The position numbers and the translations under genes are program-made. 64,000 bases of DNA from Phoronis australis. Lineage: Eukaryota > Animalia > Phoronida. The stretch is taken from assembly GCA_002633005.1 (NCBI GenBank), contig NMRA01000094.1, forward strand, positions 708,597 to 772,596, read 5' to 3'. Positions 1 through 14,200 of this stretch are shown here, piece by piece; position 1 is the stretch's first letter, and every line of letters starts with the position of its first letter. A model generated the notes under the pieces. That model saw only the letters and a list, made by a program, of their open reading frames with translations, was not told the DNA's origin and did not search any database.

Positions 1-274
1 GTGGTTAGTGTTTTAGCCTACCTTTTTTGCATGCAAGTTTATTGTTTGAGTATGTCCTTGGGTGAGAGTGAATCAGAATAGATAATTCCACTTTAAGCTT
101 TTCAATTGAATCTGAAACAGAGCTTCAAAATATGTTTGACTTAACAATCAGCAACTTTCACAGAGACAAAAACTGATGGCAAGGGTTATGATGACTTTTA
201 CTGCTTTCAACTGGCTAGGGAAGAAATGTTCCACAAAAGTGAACATTGTCTGAAGTATGAAGGTTAGATTGCCA

Positions 275-570
275 CCTGGTGCGAAGTGGATGTGCCTCCC
301 TCTGCTTGTGCGATCCTCCCTCTATGGACATGAAGTGAAATTACATCCTTCTACTGGTGTGAAGTGGAAGTACATCCCTCTACTGTCATGATCCTCCCTC
401 TGTTCATTTGAATTGGAAATACCTATCTCTGTGGGTGTAAAATGAAAGTACCTCCCTCTATTGGTGTAAAGTGGAAGTATCTCCCTCTACTGACATGTTA
501 AAGTACCTCCCACTTGTGGTGTGGTCCTGCTACCTCCCTCCATGGCGTGAAGTGGAAGAACCTCCCTCTC
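275..570. repeat. Degenerate minisatellite (GTGAAGTGGAAGTACCTCCCTCT core)
   Basis: About 8-10 diverged recurrences of the core. Confidence 0.75.
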
Positions 571-802
571 TTACCAGGTGACAGCACGAGTCTTGTATCC
601 ATTGTGATCAGTCATCAGTTCTCTATGAAAGTCTCTCAAAGTATCATCTTTTAAGAAAACACTCTTTAAGAGGGACTGAATTTTGAACCATAATCGTTTC
701 CACAATTAGTTAATTCAACTCAAGTTGTGGACTGCTAATTTTCCATTCCGTTTCAGTTCTCTTGATCATTTGCACTATTGTTTCTGCACTAATCCCCTAC
801 AG

Positions 803-949
803 GACAGGTGTCGCAGTCAAAGCATGCAAATAGAGCGTGACCAGCGAAACATTCCCACGGTATTATTGACACGGGCATCTACGTTTGACGGAAAGCCATC
901 TCCTCCCCCCAGTCCTAGGTCATCCCCGTTTGACCCCGAGTTGGAAAAG
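803..949 (+). CDS. PLEKHG5: Probable N-terminal exon (DRCRSQSMQIER...SPPPSPRSSPFDPELEK)
   Basis: Acceptor ctacAG at 801-802 and donor AAG|gtgatt at 950. The exon is 147 bp, phase 0-0, open and compatible with exon 11735. No family motif recognised. Confidence 0.6.
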
Positions 950-3900
950 GTGATTGTTAATAGACTTATGCTGTGTTGGAGTACTTGGCTATCTTCTCTT
1001 CCAATAATCAAATTTCTTTAATAACTTTTAAGTATTAGATGTAGACTTAAAAAGCTATATTGTTTTGAAGTCTTTGATGGTCACAAAATCTAATATTTCG
1101 TGCACAAAAGTAATGCCAAAATGTTTGTAATCACATGTCTTTTTTCTATAAAATGTAATTCTGTTAAAAATAGTAGTTGGTGTTCATGTTAATGAAAGTG
1201 ACTGTGATCATGGTGAAAAATTACAATTTTTTTTATGAAATGCACTCCTGATTCCAAACGTTTTTGTGTATCATTGAGGGTTTTAAGTTGTATAGTTTCA
1301 TGAGTCTGCAATTTATATTTGAAAAAATGATTCAAGAAATTTGGGCCTTGGTGACAAAGGTAGCCAATTACCTTAAAGCTCGTCTGTGCTTCTGAGACGC
1401 TTAATACAGTCTGCATAGCTTTTTGCTTTGTGACGTTACTGTCATGCAATGGCCAGTGACTTATCCAAGATTTTCTGCATGTTTTCAACTGCTTGCTATA
1501 TTCTTGTTGTTTATCTATGCTGTTGTACAGAATGGCTCTGTACTAGACTTACTTGAGAAAAAACTACAGTTCGAAGCATTGCCTTTTTTCTCAAGTAAGT
1601 CCATCACAAATTTATAATTTTTCAGTATTTTTTAATGAAAGGTACTATTGCAAGCTCTTGCTTTTTCAAAGATTTAGTAATTAAATATTAGCTTTCACCG
1701 TATTAGGTCTGTGCAGTGGAGGTCAGAACTGTTTCATTCTCTTTTCCATGTTTGATAGGGAATTTGTCAATACTGTGGAGGTCAGAACTGTTTCATTCTC
1801 TTTTCCATGTTTGGTAGGGAATTTGTCAATAGTGTGGAGGTCAGAACTGTTTCATTCTCTTTTTCATGTTTGATAGGGAATTTGTCAATAGTGATTTCTT
1901 TTGCTATTTTCTATTTTCAAAAGTCGGAAGTATCTTGTAATTGTCTCCGTGCTTGTTTTGTGTACAATTTGAGATTGCTGGCAGCTTTTGGTGAAATTTT
2001 CTTGAAAGGTTTCAAATGAACACCGGTTACTCAAAAATGTGATTTTTAGGAAGGTTCCACTTAGATATTAAATGTTTTTTTCCATTTAATGACCATTGGA
2101 CTATTTCCGCGTAAAATATGAATCATTTAAAACAGTATAGTCTGAGTTGTGGTGGCATGCTCACACACAGTTGCCAAATATTTCTCCGTTTCACCTTAAT
2201 AAGTCTTCAGCTTGGAACACAACATTGCAAGCTAGTGAGGTGACATTTTGACCAACGCATTGTACTGTTGACTATACAGCTTTAGGTTGGTCTGTGCTGG
2301 ACAGTGGTCTGTGCTGGGCAGTGGTCTGTGCTGGGCAGTGGTCTGTGCTGGGCAGTGGTCTGTGCTAGACAGTGATCTGTACAGCTTTAGGTTTTTTCTG
2401 GGCTGGACAGTGGTCTGTACAGCTTTAGGTAGGTCTGCCATGGATAGTGGTCTGTACAGCTTTAGGTAGATATGCGCTGGACAGTGGTCTGTACAGCTTT
2501 AGGTAGGTCTGCGCTGGACAGTGGTCTATACAGCTTTAGGTAGGTATGTGCTGGAAAGTGGTGTGTACAGCTTTAGGTTAAAGTCTGTGGAGAGTTTTCT
2601 TGCCTGCAGCCATATTTGTTTATTTGTTTATCAAGGAGGCTTGCTCTTGACTCAATACAGGAATAATATCGATCACTACATGTCCAGTGGTTATTGAATT
2701 CTAGATTGTGTATTGACTGATATTGCTGTCTGTATGACAATTCAATAGAAACAATTGATGGGCTTATTACACTTGTTTCTTCCTGTCCAATAATTGCTTC
2801 ATCCAGGATTAATCTATCAACCTCCTCCTGGTAGATACAAATAACTGGTCAGTCAGATCAGCAATGTTGTAGTTATGTCTCAAAACTAGTATTAAATATC
2901 TTGTCCAATTTATCATTACAATTTGTGGTGATAATACGTGTTACTCTGCCTTGTCAAATTAATGACTGCACTTTGTTGGTGACTATCCATGTAGACTTGT
3001 ATGTATGAATCAATACATGAACGCGAAACAATGAACAGCTGGATATTGATCAGAGAAATACTTTCTACCTGTCACCACAGTCACAGTCTGACAGTCTGTG
3101 ACAATATTACCAGCAAGCTTCTAAGCTAGCCTACAGTAATGAGCTAGAAGGCTTCATTGCATTGCAAGTCCGTGCACAATGCTGGTGTAGGTCACTATGA
3201 CAATCACGTCAAGTTTGTAACACAGTGAAATGCGTCAGTCACTCAGGGATCACCATCTTCTTACCACTCAGAGTTCTTACCCTCGTGAGAGGCGGTCGAC
3301 TCAGAGGATAAGGAGTCGCTCTCACACGCGCTTTGACTTTCGTTCTTCCTCATGGGTAGAGGTAAGAGAGTTGATGTACACCATTAGATGACATGTCTGC
3401 ACCCTGCTCAGAGAGTTGATGTACACCATTAGATGACATGTCTGCACCCTGCTCAGAGAGTTGATGTACACCATTAGATGACATGTGTGCACCCTGCCCA
3501 GATGCAAGAGTGATACAATTTTTCATGCTAGGTGATTGGCAGATTGTTAACTGTCAGCCTTTAATTAGCATGGTTTGAAAATCACTTAAAGATGGCTTGT
3601 GTAAATATTCTAGACTTAAAATGGTGTAAATGCTATGTAGTTGTTTCCTGTCTGTATTTTATCTAGTAATGGGCAACTTTAGATGACATCTTGGCAATGT
3701 TAGAGGTGTCTTGTAATGGCCAACAATAGGTACCATCATGCCAGTTGTGGAGATATCTTTTAGTGGCCAATGGTGGAGGTGGCTTGTAATGGCCAACAAT
3801 AGGTACCATCATGCCAGTTGTGGAGATATCTTTTAGTGGCCAATGGTGGAGGTGGCTTGTAATGGCCAACGACAAACTCCATCATGCCAATGGTGAAGGT

Positions 3901-6900
3901 GTCTTTAATAACTATTTCCAGCATACATAAAAGCTATGACTAAGTTGTTAAGATTATATAGATGTGCGGTTGTAAAATACAGGTGTGCCGAGACCTGTCT
4001 CTTATTTGTTTGGGAAAACAATATTAGCAAGAATTTATTTTGCTTATCTGTTTCTCATTTTATTTTTATTCTTATATCGTGGAAATAATGATAGAAAATG
4101 TATATAGACACTACCATATATGCACATATTTAGGTTCATGTACCTCTATCTGAAATGAAGTAAAATGATTAGTCACGTGTTTTGCATTGAGGCGCATGCG
4201 CCTAAGTTTTACATTGTTGTGGATACATGTCACCATATTGTCCTCAACGAAGTGCATAAACTTGCCCATGCAAATCATTTCCATGTGATTTTCTGGCTTT
4301 CAACTTGGATGAGACTTGGCTATCATGAGAAAGATGCCACATTGGTGGTCCAGTTATAGACTATCATGAGAAGGATGCCATAGTGGTGGTCCAGTTATAG
4401 ACTATCATGAGAAGGATGCCATAGTGGTGATCCAGTTATAGACTATCATGAGAAGGATTCCATAGCGGTGGTCCAGTTATCAGGGCTTGGAATTTTCCGC
4501 GGAAACGTGGATTTCCACTTTTTTCTTTTATTCCCTCCACGTATTTTTATTATATTTCGGTGGAAAATTGGATTTGTCATAAAATTATCGCGGTTTCTCA
4601 CCGCAGCGTTGCCGACGACTCGAAAAGCGGAAACTGTTCTTTATGTTTTGGAGGAACGAAAACTGTACTCGCGGATCACAAGCGCTCGAATTTCCCGATG
4701 ACTCGTAACCATATATAAGAAACATGTTTTCTTAGTAGTGAGTGACGTCAGTGGCAATCGCGAAACAAATAAATTCAAGCGCCTGTGCCTGGGATAGCGT
4801 GGATCATCAATGGCGTCTGCATTTGGTATAATGTCGCGGTAACAAATAGTGCGATTTTGCGGTAAAAAATGCGTGGAGCGTGGGGTAGACAAAATATTTC
4901 CTGGACAAAGTGGATAAAAGAAAGGGTCAATGTCTTCACAAACTACATATTAAGTCAAGGTTTGTGCTCTGTAAACTTTGAGAGAGGAACAATAACGGAG
5001 TGCTTGGCCGAGTCCCCTCGGACAAAGTTGGAATCGGAGGACCGACTGAAAACGATGAAACGATAGAAATAATAACGCTTCCTGAAATGAAATTCAACTG
5101 TAACCGGTTATTCGTTGGATTGGAATCGTGGCGTGTGAAATTCTTTTGTTTGATTCCACAGGCATGCCCATTGCCGTTGGCTGCTAGTGCTAGGCTTGAC
5201 CATCTGAGTGCGATTTTCTATGTGCCGCCAAAACGGAAGTGCTACTTTCGTTACCGCAAATGTGTTTTAAATTGTCGTTTATGTATTTCAATTTATTTTG
5301 ACATTTTTGTGTTCTATTTTGTGACTCAAGTTTTGCAGTTCGAGAGAAGTAATCACGTGACAGATTCTGAATGATCTGATTGGTCTAAGCCATTGTTTAC
5401 AAATTCTGCCAGCCTATTTTCAATGTCCTGGTAGTTAGTAGTTATTTCGTATGTCACATAGTTTCTTCTACACCAGCGTGGCTTATGAACAATTAACTCC
5501 TGTAATTACTGTTTGAAACTGAAAAGTTTGGCCAACTTAGGATTGTGGTTGATGCATTCTATAGTTTAAAGTGTGTTTTTACTTTCATTTTTCCATTTTT
5601 GCAGTTGGGGTATGAGCCACAGGTTTTCGTCTCTACTTTTTTCCATTTGCGTTTTGATTAATTTTTTGGAATTAAATGTGTATGTATTTCAGGCTTTCCT
5701 TATAATCTTTGGATCGATTTACAATTTTTTTTTGTTTTTGTAATTTAATTAATTATAAGAATTGAAAATAATTTTAGGCCTATAGGTTTCCCTGCAGCAA
5801 ATCAAGTATAAGCTCCTGCCACTCATACTGCAAATTTTTCATCATTATCTTTATTTTTTAATTTTAAAAAATATTTTTTGTTGCATCTAATTGCCTTCAG
5901 TGTTGTTGCCAGGCCTTCATGCAGCGTACGTCCTGGGCGTCCATTTGGACGCCCTAGCACTTATGTAGACGCCCTGGCAAGGACGCCCAATGTATCATTT
6001 GGACGCCCTGTCAATCAGAATTTCTCCAGTTTGGACACATTGAAAGATTACTAAGACTCCCAGTTAATCAAAGGGAAGTTGGCCCTTTCGACTAGGAAAG
6101 AAATATACAAAGTATTTAAGATGTTGCAATGTTCAAAGTATTTTCAAACTACTTGGTAGACCTGTCAATCATTAGCACGTGGTTGGTTGCCAGAGTGTCT
6201 GCTTTCAATAGACTCACATGCCACTGCCATTCTGTACTTTATATAGGGACATGGACCTTGCTTAACTGCAAACTGGTGTTTCAGAGCTGTAATTTCATGT
6301 ACTTCATCTTTTTTTAAAAATACCAAAAGCAAAATAAATGTCATTATTTTAATAATATGATGTGTCGCAAGAATATCCCCATTTAAAATGTTTGAGTTTT
6401 CGCCTGTTTCATGCTTTTCTATGTGCGTCTAAAATGGAGCAGCAGTGACACCTGTTGTCAAAATATAAACCACACATCATCTGTGCATTTTTCTTTTGTT
6501 GGTAANTTTTGTTTTTGTAATTTTATATCTTAATTATAAGAATTGAAAATAATTTTAGGCCTATAGGTTTCCCTGCAGCAAATCAAGTATAAGCTCCTGC
6601 CACTCATACTGCAAATTTTTCATCATTATCTTTATTTTTTAATTTTAAAAAATATTTTTTGTTGCATCTAATTGCCTTCAGTGTTGTTGCTGAAATAGAT
6701 GTCAGGTACTGCTCAAGATGAGTGCGTTTTTTAAGAGGCATCTTGTGATAATAATGTTTACTTTTGATCTGTTGAGGTATGGTTTAGATTGAAAGGTGTA
6801 GTTAAGGCGGTAAAAATTTCCTCTTTTTTTGACATGGGTCATTCCAAGCCCTGAGTTATAGACTATCATGAGAAGGATGCCATAGCGGTGGTCCAGTTAT

Positions 6901-9900
6901 AGACTATCATGAGATGGGTGCCATAGCGGTAGTCCAGTTATAGACTATCATGAGAAGGAAGCCATAACGATGGTCCAGTTTGTAGGCTATCATGAGAGGG
7001 ATGCCATAGTGATGGTCCAGTTATAGACTATCATGAGATGGGTGCCATAGTGGGAGTCCAGTTATAGACTATCATGAGAAGGAAGCCATAACGATGGTCC
7101 AGTTTGTAGGCTATCATGAGAGGGATGCCATAGTGATGGTCCAGTTATAGACTATCATGAGAAGAATGCCATAGTTCATTCATTGGATGAAGTGTTTTTG
7201 TTTTGTAATTAAGACACTTATGTAAATGCTCAAATTTGGCTGTTGAAATTAGTAAATATATTTTCACCAGATGTTGATAGCGTAATGAATTAGTGCTTTC
7301 TAATTGTGTTCATTGAGAAGTGAATAGTGACCAAAACTAAGATGGTGCTGTGGAAGAGAAGTTACAATAGTAGTTTTGTTGTTACATTCTGTTTGAATAT
7401 TGCTGTATCGTCTGGGAAATTTCCCAGAGTGATTAAGTTGGTGAACTGAATCAAGGTGGGCGTTAAGCTTTGCATGCGCACTTCAAAATAAAACCTTTGA
7501 AAATTCTGGGCTGTGCGCCTACCTGAATGATGAGTTTTAGCTTATATTAGTTCACTAGCATGACATATATTTCTGCGCAGTGTAACTTTTAAGTTAATGT
7601 TTGTATCCGACAATGTGAAAGGCCTAATATGGTGCCTAAATGACTATATATCTAAAATACATCAACATACAGTGTCATAGCATACCTAGTTGTTAATTAA
7701 GCAGGCCTTTTACTGTACAGCAGCCCCATCATGAACCCCCATTTAGTGCCAAAAAAATTTGAGATGGTGCTCGCACCAGTTGAAGTCTATGACATCGACA
7801 CAGCGAATTTGACTTTCACTGTGTCTCCATCGTAACACAAGACGTCGTAGTGCGCACTGCAGATCTTGTAGCCAGCCAACTAGCTGTATGAGGACTATCG
7901 TCAAAATGCATCTAGGTACCACAGATGAATGGTTGAACCCAATTTTTCCAACACCAGTAAATAATTTAGTTTACTTAAGGAAGAGCTGTATAGCTTTTAA
8001 TGACACTAATTTTGTGACAGATTTTATGTGGTCATTTTTTATCCAGATGTAGATTTAGTATACAGCTCTGCACTAAGGCTAGAACAGATCTTGCTGATCG
8101 GAATTTGTCGCCAGTCTTTGTTGTGGATACGAATCTATTCCATGCACAGCGTTTGACGAGATCGGCAGGAACCTTGCACAAATGTATGCCATTGCCGCAT
8201 CGCTGTACATTGTCAGGAAATCCGTGAAATTCATGATATATATTACTTAGTATGTTAGTTTGACGCTATTATTGATATTATTCCTTTGCTAGCAAATTGT
8301 TTGTGTTTGCAGTAACTTGTTTTGGCTGTCAGCGGAGTCAGCGACCCCGTGCGTCCACAAATGTTTTAATGATCTCTGTAGTAAACAAGATTATGTAATG
8401 GTCATTCACAAGGGCCTTTGATACTAACGTCGACACGTCAATGGTTTGGGGAGTTGCGGTCAGTACGAACGCTCAACTCTGGTCCTGGATCACAATTAAC
8501 ATCGCAGTTAACAGGTGCTGCGGTGCAGTATCAATGCTTAACTCCGGTCCAATCGAAGTTATCGCCAGGTGCCACTGTTATCGTCAACAGTTACAGAGTA
8601 GNCGTCAGTCCCATTTTCTGGTGCGGCGGTCCCATTTGATCCCCGGAGGTCCTGTTTAGAGGACCGGCGGTCATGTTGTTTCTCACCCGTGTTTGTTGTG
8701 GATATGAATCTATTCCATGCACAGCGTTTGACGAGATTGGCAGGAACCTTGCACAAATGTATGCCATTGCCGCATTGCTGTACATTGTCAGGAAATTCGT
8801 GAAATTCATGATATATATTACTTAGTATGTTAGTTTGACGCTATTATTGATATTATTCCTTTGCTAGCAAATTGTTTGTGTTTGCAGTAACTTGTTTTGG
8901 CTGTCAGCTGAGTCAGCGACCCCGTGCGTCCACAAATGTTTTAATGATCTCTGTAGTAAACAAGATTATGTAATGGTCATTCACAAGGGCCTTTGATACT
9001 AACGTCGACACGTCAATGGTTTGGGGAGTTGCGGTCAGTACGAACGCTCAACTCTGGTCCTGGATCACAATTAACATCGCAGTTAACAGGTGCTGCGGTG
9101 CAGTATCAATGCTTAACTCCGGTCCAATCGAAGTTATCGCCAGGTGCCACTGTTATCGTCAACAGTTACAGAGTAGTGCCGTCACTAATAACTACTTATC
9201 TTTTGCTCTTATGATAACCAATCGATTTAAAAATGAGTTTAATGTCATTTAGCGCATTTAAATGCTCCCAAATTGTCACATTGAAAAAAATCTTAGCGTG
9301 CAGCGCTACCGTGCGATAACTTCGATGACGTCAGCGTCACCAACCCTTTACTTTGATGGTCATTAACTACCAAAGCCAGTATGAATGGTCCAGTTAACTG
9401 CGCTGTTTACGTCGACGCTCAGCTCAGACCGGAGTTAAGTCAATATGAAAGGGCCAACAGAATCATAGCCTAAAGACAGCTGACCATTACCATATATGGC
9501 AAACACTACAGAATAGTTCTGATGATTGTTGTGAAAGTTCTTAGAGTTGTTCACTATTATTTCCTGTAGTATCTTAAATCATGAAGTTTAGTGCATGTAA
9601 TCCACATATTTGTAACTTGTATATAAATCCGTTCACTTGTCTAGTAAAGGCAGTCCTCATCTGGCTAATGCTAGTTGCTTTACTAGTGTAATTGAGTGTT
9701 CCACACTTAGTTACTGAATACAACCATCTCAGTGACGGACCCGAGACAGTCCACGCAACACAACGCTGCTACCGGCTAAGTTCACATGTACTCCTCGAGT
9801 TATTCTGTTACATACATATACACCACACAACGCGGCATTTTAGCACACAGGCCAATAACTAGCTTACGTCCAAGAAGTAACACTCAGTTGCTGCGTAGTG

Positions 9901-11221
9901 AGGCTTAGTAGAAATTTTTTTATATGTACCACTTTAAACTGATACGTTGAGAATTTCTTTGGGTGCTCATAGGGGCTACGAATTATGGACGGTGTAATTT
10001 ACGTTTCAGTTAATTACTTTCTGTGGTATGCAACATACAAGAACAATATTTTATTCAAAAATAATTGTATTTCTGGTGTCAAAAAGGTGTGTTGGGGGCT
10101 GTACACTATCGTTAAAACATTTACTACTACTAGCAGTAGTGACTTCTAGCCATAGCACTTTCGCTACCAGCAAAAACGCCAGTAATGTGAACAGATGCAT
10201 TGGTCACTTTTGCTGATGCTTTTCTTGAGGTTTGAGTTACCCAAAACTAGTGGCTCTTTCCGTAGCACTTCTTTATCCGCAGGCTCCACATGAAAAGGGA
10301 ACCAGACCTTTGTTATGTCTTCATCAATCTATGGCGGAGAATTTTGACATCAACTTTTGCTTAAAAGCAGCTTGGTTGGTGAGGAAACAAACTAACTGTT
10401 GTCAAAAGTCAACCCTTAATCGACAGTTAGTCTGTCTGGCTAAAGTCAATTTATTTATAGTCTAAAGAGAGAAAACATTAGCCACAGGCTTGTATACCAA
10501 CAAAAACGGCTAAAACGCCAACTTTTCGTTACCATATTAGATTGTGAAACTGAAACCGTTTTTGCCACTCATGTGAACTTAGTGAAAGTGGTTTTTGTCT
10601 CTAACAGAATGTTTTAGCTATCTCTAAGTGACTACCTAGAGTAGGTGATGCCCTATAGTCCATCTTGTATGATTAGCTTTAGGAATGACATTTGTATTCA
10701 TTAGTTACACACCAGAGAAATGTCTGCATTAATTATTAAAGAAAATATCCTTTGGTCATCGTATTGTATGATGTCACAGTACTGCTTATGTATCAGGATA
10801 TGCTCAGAGTGCATGTTTTTTGCCAGTGCACACTTAAGGAAAATGATATTTCTTTTTGCCTCTTTAGATGTTTTCTTTCCTGTCTCATATTCTTGCATTA
10901 CTTTTGAACAGTATTAAGTTCTCACACTTTTCTATGCTCTCTACCTCAACTCACACTTTTCTATGCTCTCTTTCTCAAACTTTCTTCCTAGCATAAAATG
11001 CTGTGCTTGAATTTTAGATATTAACAAGTTTCCATTACCAACTCAAAACACAATCTTTTTGTTGAAAATAAATGAAATGTCAGGGCAATCCAACAGTGCT
11101 CACGTGTAAATTTTCTGCAAGATGAGATGCAAGATGCAACACACCAATCTAGTTTACAAATGAAATTTTCTTCAATTCGTAAAATTGTACTATGCATGGT
11201 CGACTTTGCAGTATATGTGTG

Positions 11222-11288
<67 letters not shown>

Positions 11289-14200
11289 ATATTTGTAAAT
11301 GGGCTATGCAACATCATTATACATCCTGAAATACCAAGGCACCACTCTGTGCTGTATTTACCCACAATGCTTTGTGTCCTGCGGGCACTTCTCACACTAT
11401 TTATTATTCACTGCTTATCATTATTTCACATGAAATTTTAATTGCAGTGAGTTGTAATGCTCACTTACAATTGGAAATAACTGAATGGTGCTTAATATCC
11501 ACTCTTTATGTGTCAGACATAACTCTTTGTGAAACTAGGTCAGTCGCACTGTGTTTTTTTTCTATCCCCACAAAGAGGGGAGTTGAAAGTACAGTGTGTT
11601 TATGTTGAGTCTGGATTTGACAATATTGTGATGCCCAATGTTATTGTTCACTTGAGTGCTTCTTCAAACATGTTAATATAATAATGTTGTTTGTTAGTTC
11701 AGTCACCTTAGTACAGACATGTTGTTTGTTACAGCACTCTATCAGCAAAGAATGTTTCACTGTCAAGTACGATATTTTGTCCGAGCCAGAAATAGACATT
11801 CTGGCTGCCATCAAAGGTGTCCAACTCAGGTATGTACATATGTTTCAGGGAAAAGTACCAGTTTAAATAATTTACTCTAGAATTTCTTAGATTACACGAA
11901 CAAGTTGTTTTTTTTAGTTACATCGTGTATCACCTTATTTTGGCTATGTGGGCAATGCTTGGTGATATTAGAGTAGTAAATCGTACGAACAGTCACTTCC
12001 AACAGTTTAGTCTCTTAACAATGTTCAATCTCATGATCCAGACACGTGCTATCATTATTTCTGTTTATTTTGATATCTAAGAATGAAATACCCACTCGAA
12101 GCAAAACATGGAATGACAAAATACTCGACTGAGTCTGTGACATGTTCCTACCAATCCTTTTCTGGATGCACTCTCCATGATGTATCAGAAAAAATAATGT
12201 TTGCTAGTATTTCACATGTTAAAATTTAAAATTTTTCTCCCACTGATGTTGTTATTAAGAACATATATGCTCTGTTGTACTGGTATCAGTCAAGCCGTGA
12301 ATGTGTGGATACATGTCTCTTATACCATGAGTAGCCATTACCCTTGCCTTCGCACAGGCAGCAGATAGTATATGGGAAATGCCGAGAGGAAATAGATACA
12401 CCTTCATGTGAACAGAGTAGTCTTCATCGCAAGAGACAGGAACATTTTTTGAAGCGATCATTTTATTTTAAAGCTTCAATGAGAACTTTTGTCAGATTTA
12501 GGTAGGGTGTGCAGTTGCGGGATTCTTTCGGCCCCTGGCAGTACAAATTTCTTTCCAGATCATTTAAACCTGCCGTAACGTAATGTACGGTAATCAGCTA
12601 TTCATTAAAGTGAACAATAAGGAAGGATTTAAAAATACTCTACAAAGTTTATAATGTACCGTATTTACTAAAGTCACTCAGTAAATGTACATACTAAGGT
12701 AGAAAGCCAGCCAGCTCTATGAGTTAAGACTGTGGTCAACTTACAGCTAGGTAGCTGTATTGTGAGCTCTATTAGACATCGAAATTTCACACAACCGCGG
12801 TAGCTCAGCTCGTCACCACCTTGTGACTATCATCGTGTAGAGCTAACGACCGGCTCTGGTGCATGCAGAATCTGAGAATCAGCTGACACTCACCTTGTAC
12901 GTTACAGCCGTTGAAGTGAAAAAAATTAATAAATGTCACCTTTGCGTAGTTCTCCGCTTTAAAGAAAAGTATGTAGTCATTTTAAAAATGGTGCGTTTGC
13001 AACACGCGCACGCCACTCCTACTAAAAAGTTTGCTACTGATTTTTCGGGAGATGATGACAGCTTGGTAGCAACAAAATTTAATCTGAAATCGGGTTTGTG
13101 TAACGAAAAAAAGCAGTTCCAATTGACATGTACGTAACCTCGTGGAAGGGAAGAACAGTTGATTGAAGAATCGGGGAAATTGGTCAATAGGTGATGCAAT
13201 GGTGCTGAAAGCTGACCCAAAACAGCTCACCACAATTGTAGCAGTAATGTATTGGAGCAAGAGAGACGGAGTTTGTGTGAACGATGCATTTCATATAATT
13301 TATTGTTATTTTATCAATCAGCCATGGGATGTCCTGGAAATGTCACTAAACAAGGTCCTCTCACTTGGCACCATATGCAGATGAAACTGGTCAGGTTAAA
13401 TGACCGCAATAATTAACTGAAATTTTGTTTAATTGATGTATAGAACTTGTCAGCCATGAATCCATTGTCTGTCAATTATTTCCCTCTGTCTGTAGTTGTC
13501 TTTTCATCTCTTGCATCATGTTATTTTCTTGATTCTCTACAGGGATGCACTGGCTCCATATTTCGCCAAGCGGGGAATCATAATGGAGAGAATCTTTGCC
13601 TACCTAGATGCGTCACACACTCCACTCCCCCTTGTTATTGACACATTTCCACTAGGTGGCTCTCAACTACACATCAAAGGTATGTCGACCATGTTTCTGA
13701 ATGCTTCAGTCTATTGTTTCTAGTCAACTTTGGCTGTTACCATGTGAGGTTGTTAGTGGCATGTGATGTGGCAAGTTTATTTTTTTTTTTGTTTTTGCCT
13801 TTATATTTTTGGAGTTCCTTAGTGGATTTTCAGGAAATTTAGCGCATATGGATTTCGTAAGAAAGCAACACTGCAGTCTCATTTTCTCCCCAGTGACTGT
13901 TGATGTTGTTTCTGAGTCTGTTGTTTGGTGCTTTTGTGGGTGAATTTCAAAGTCGTTTTTGTGTTCCTACTGGGAAGAGGATGGCTGCAGATGATTTTCA
14001 GATGGCTCCATGTACTGTGGTGCCTCCTAGTGGCTTTTTTGTGTCCACTGCTGTATCTTATGAACCCCTTGCAAGAACTTCGTTAAATTTGGCAACTGAG
14101 AGCATGTGCATATGTACGTGTGTATGAATGTTTTCTCTTCATTTTCACATGTTTGTAAAAAGTATTATGTTTCATAATGAAAAAGAAAAAAAATTGGCAA

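Noticed and set aside
8418-9252. Duplicated 73-78 aa ORF pairs suggesting a tandem gene duplication
   Set aside because: They lie in a MITE and are duplicated only by the haplotype-like join at N 8602.
11021-11441. His-Thr and Val-Cys repeat ORFs
   Set aside because: They are translations of the (GT)n microsatellite.
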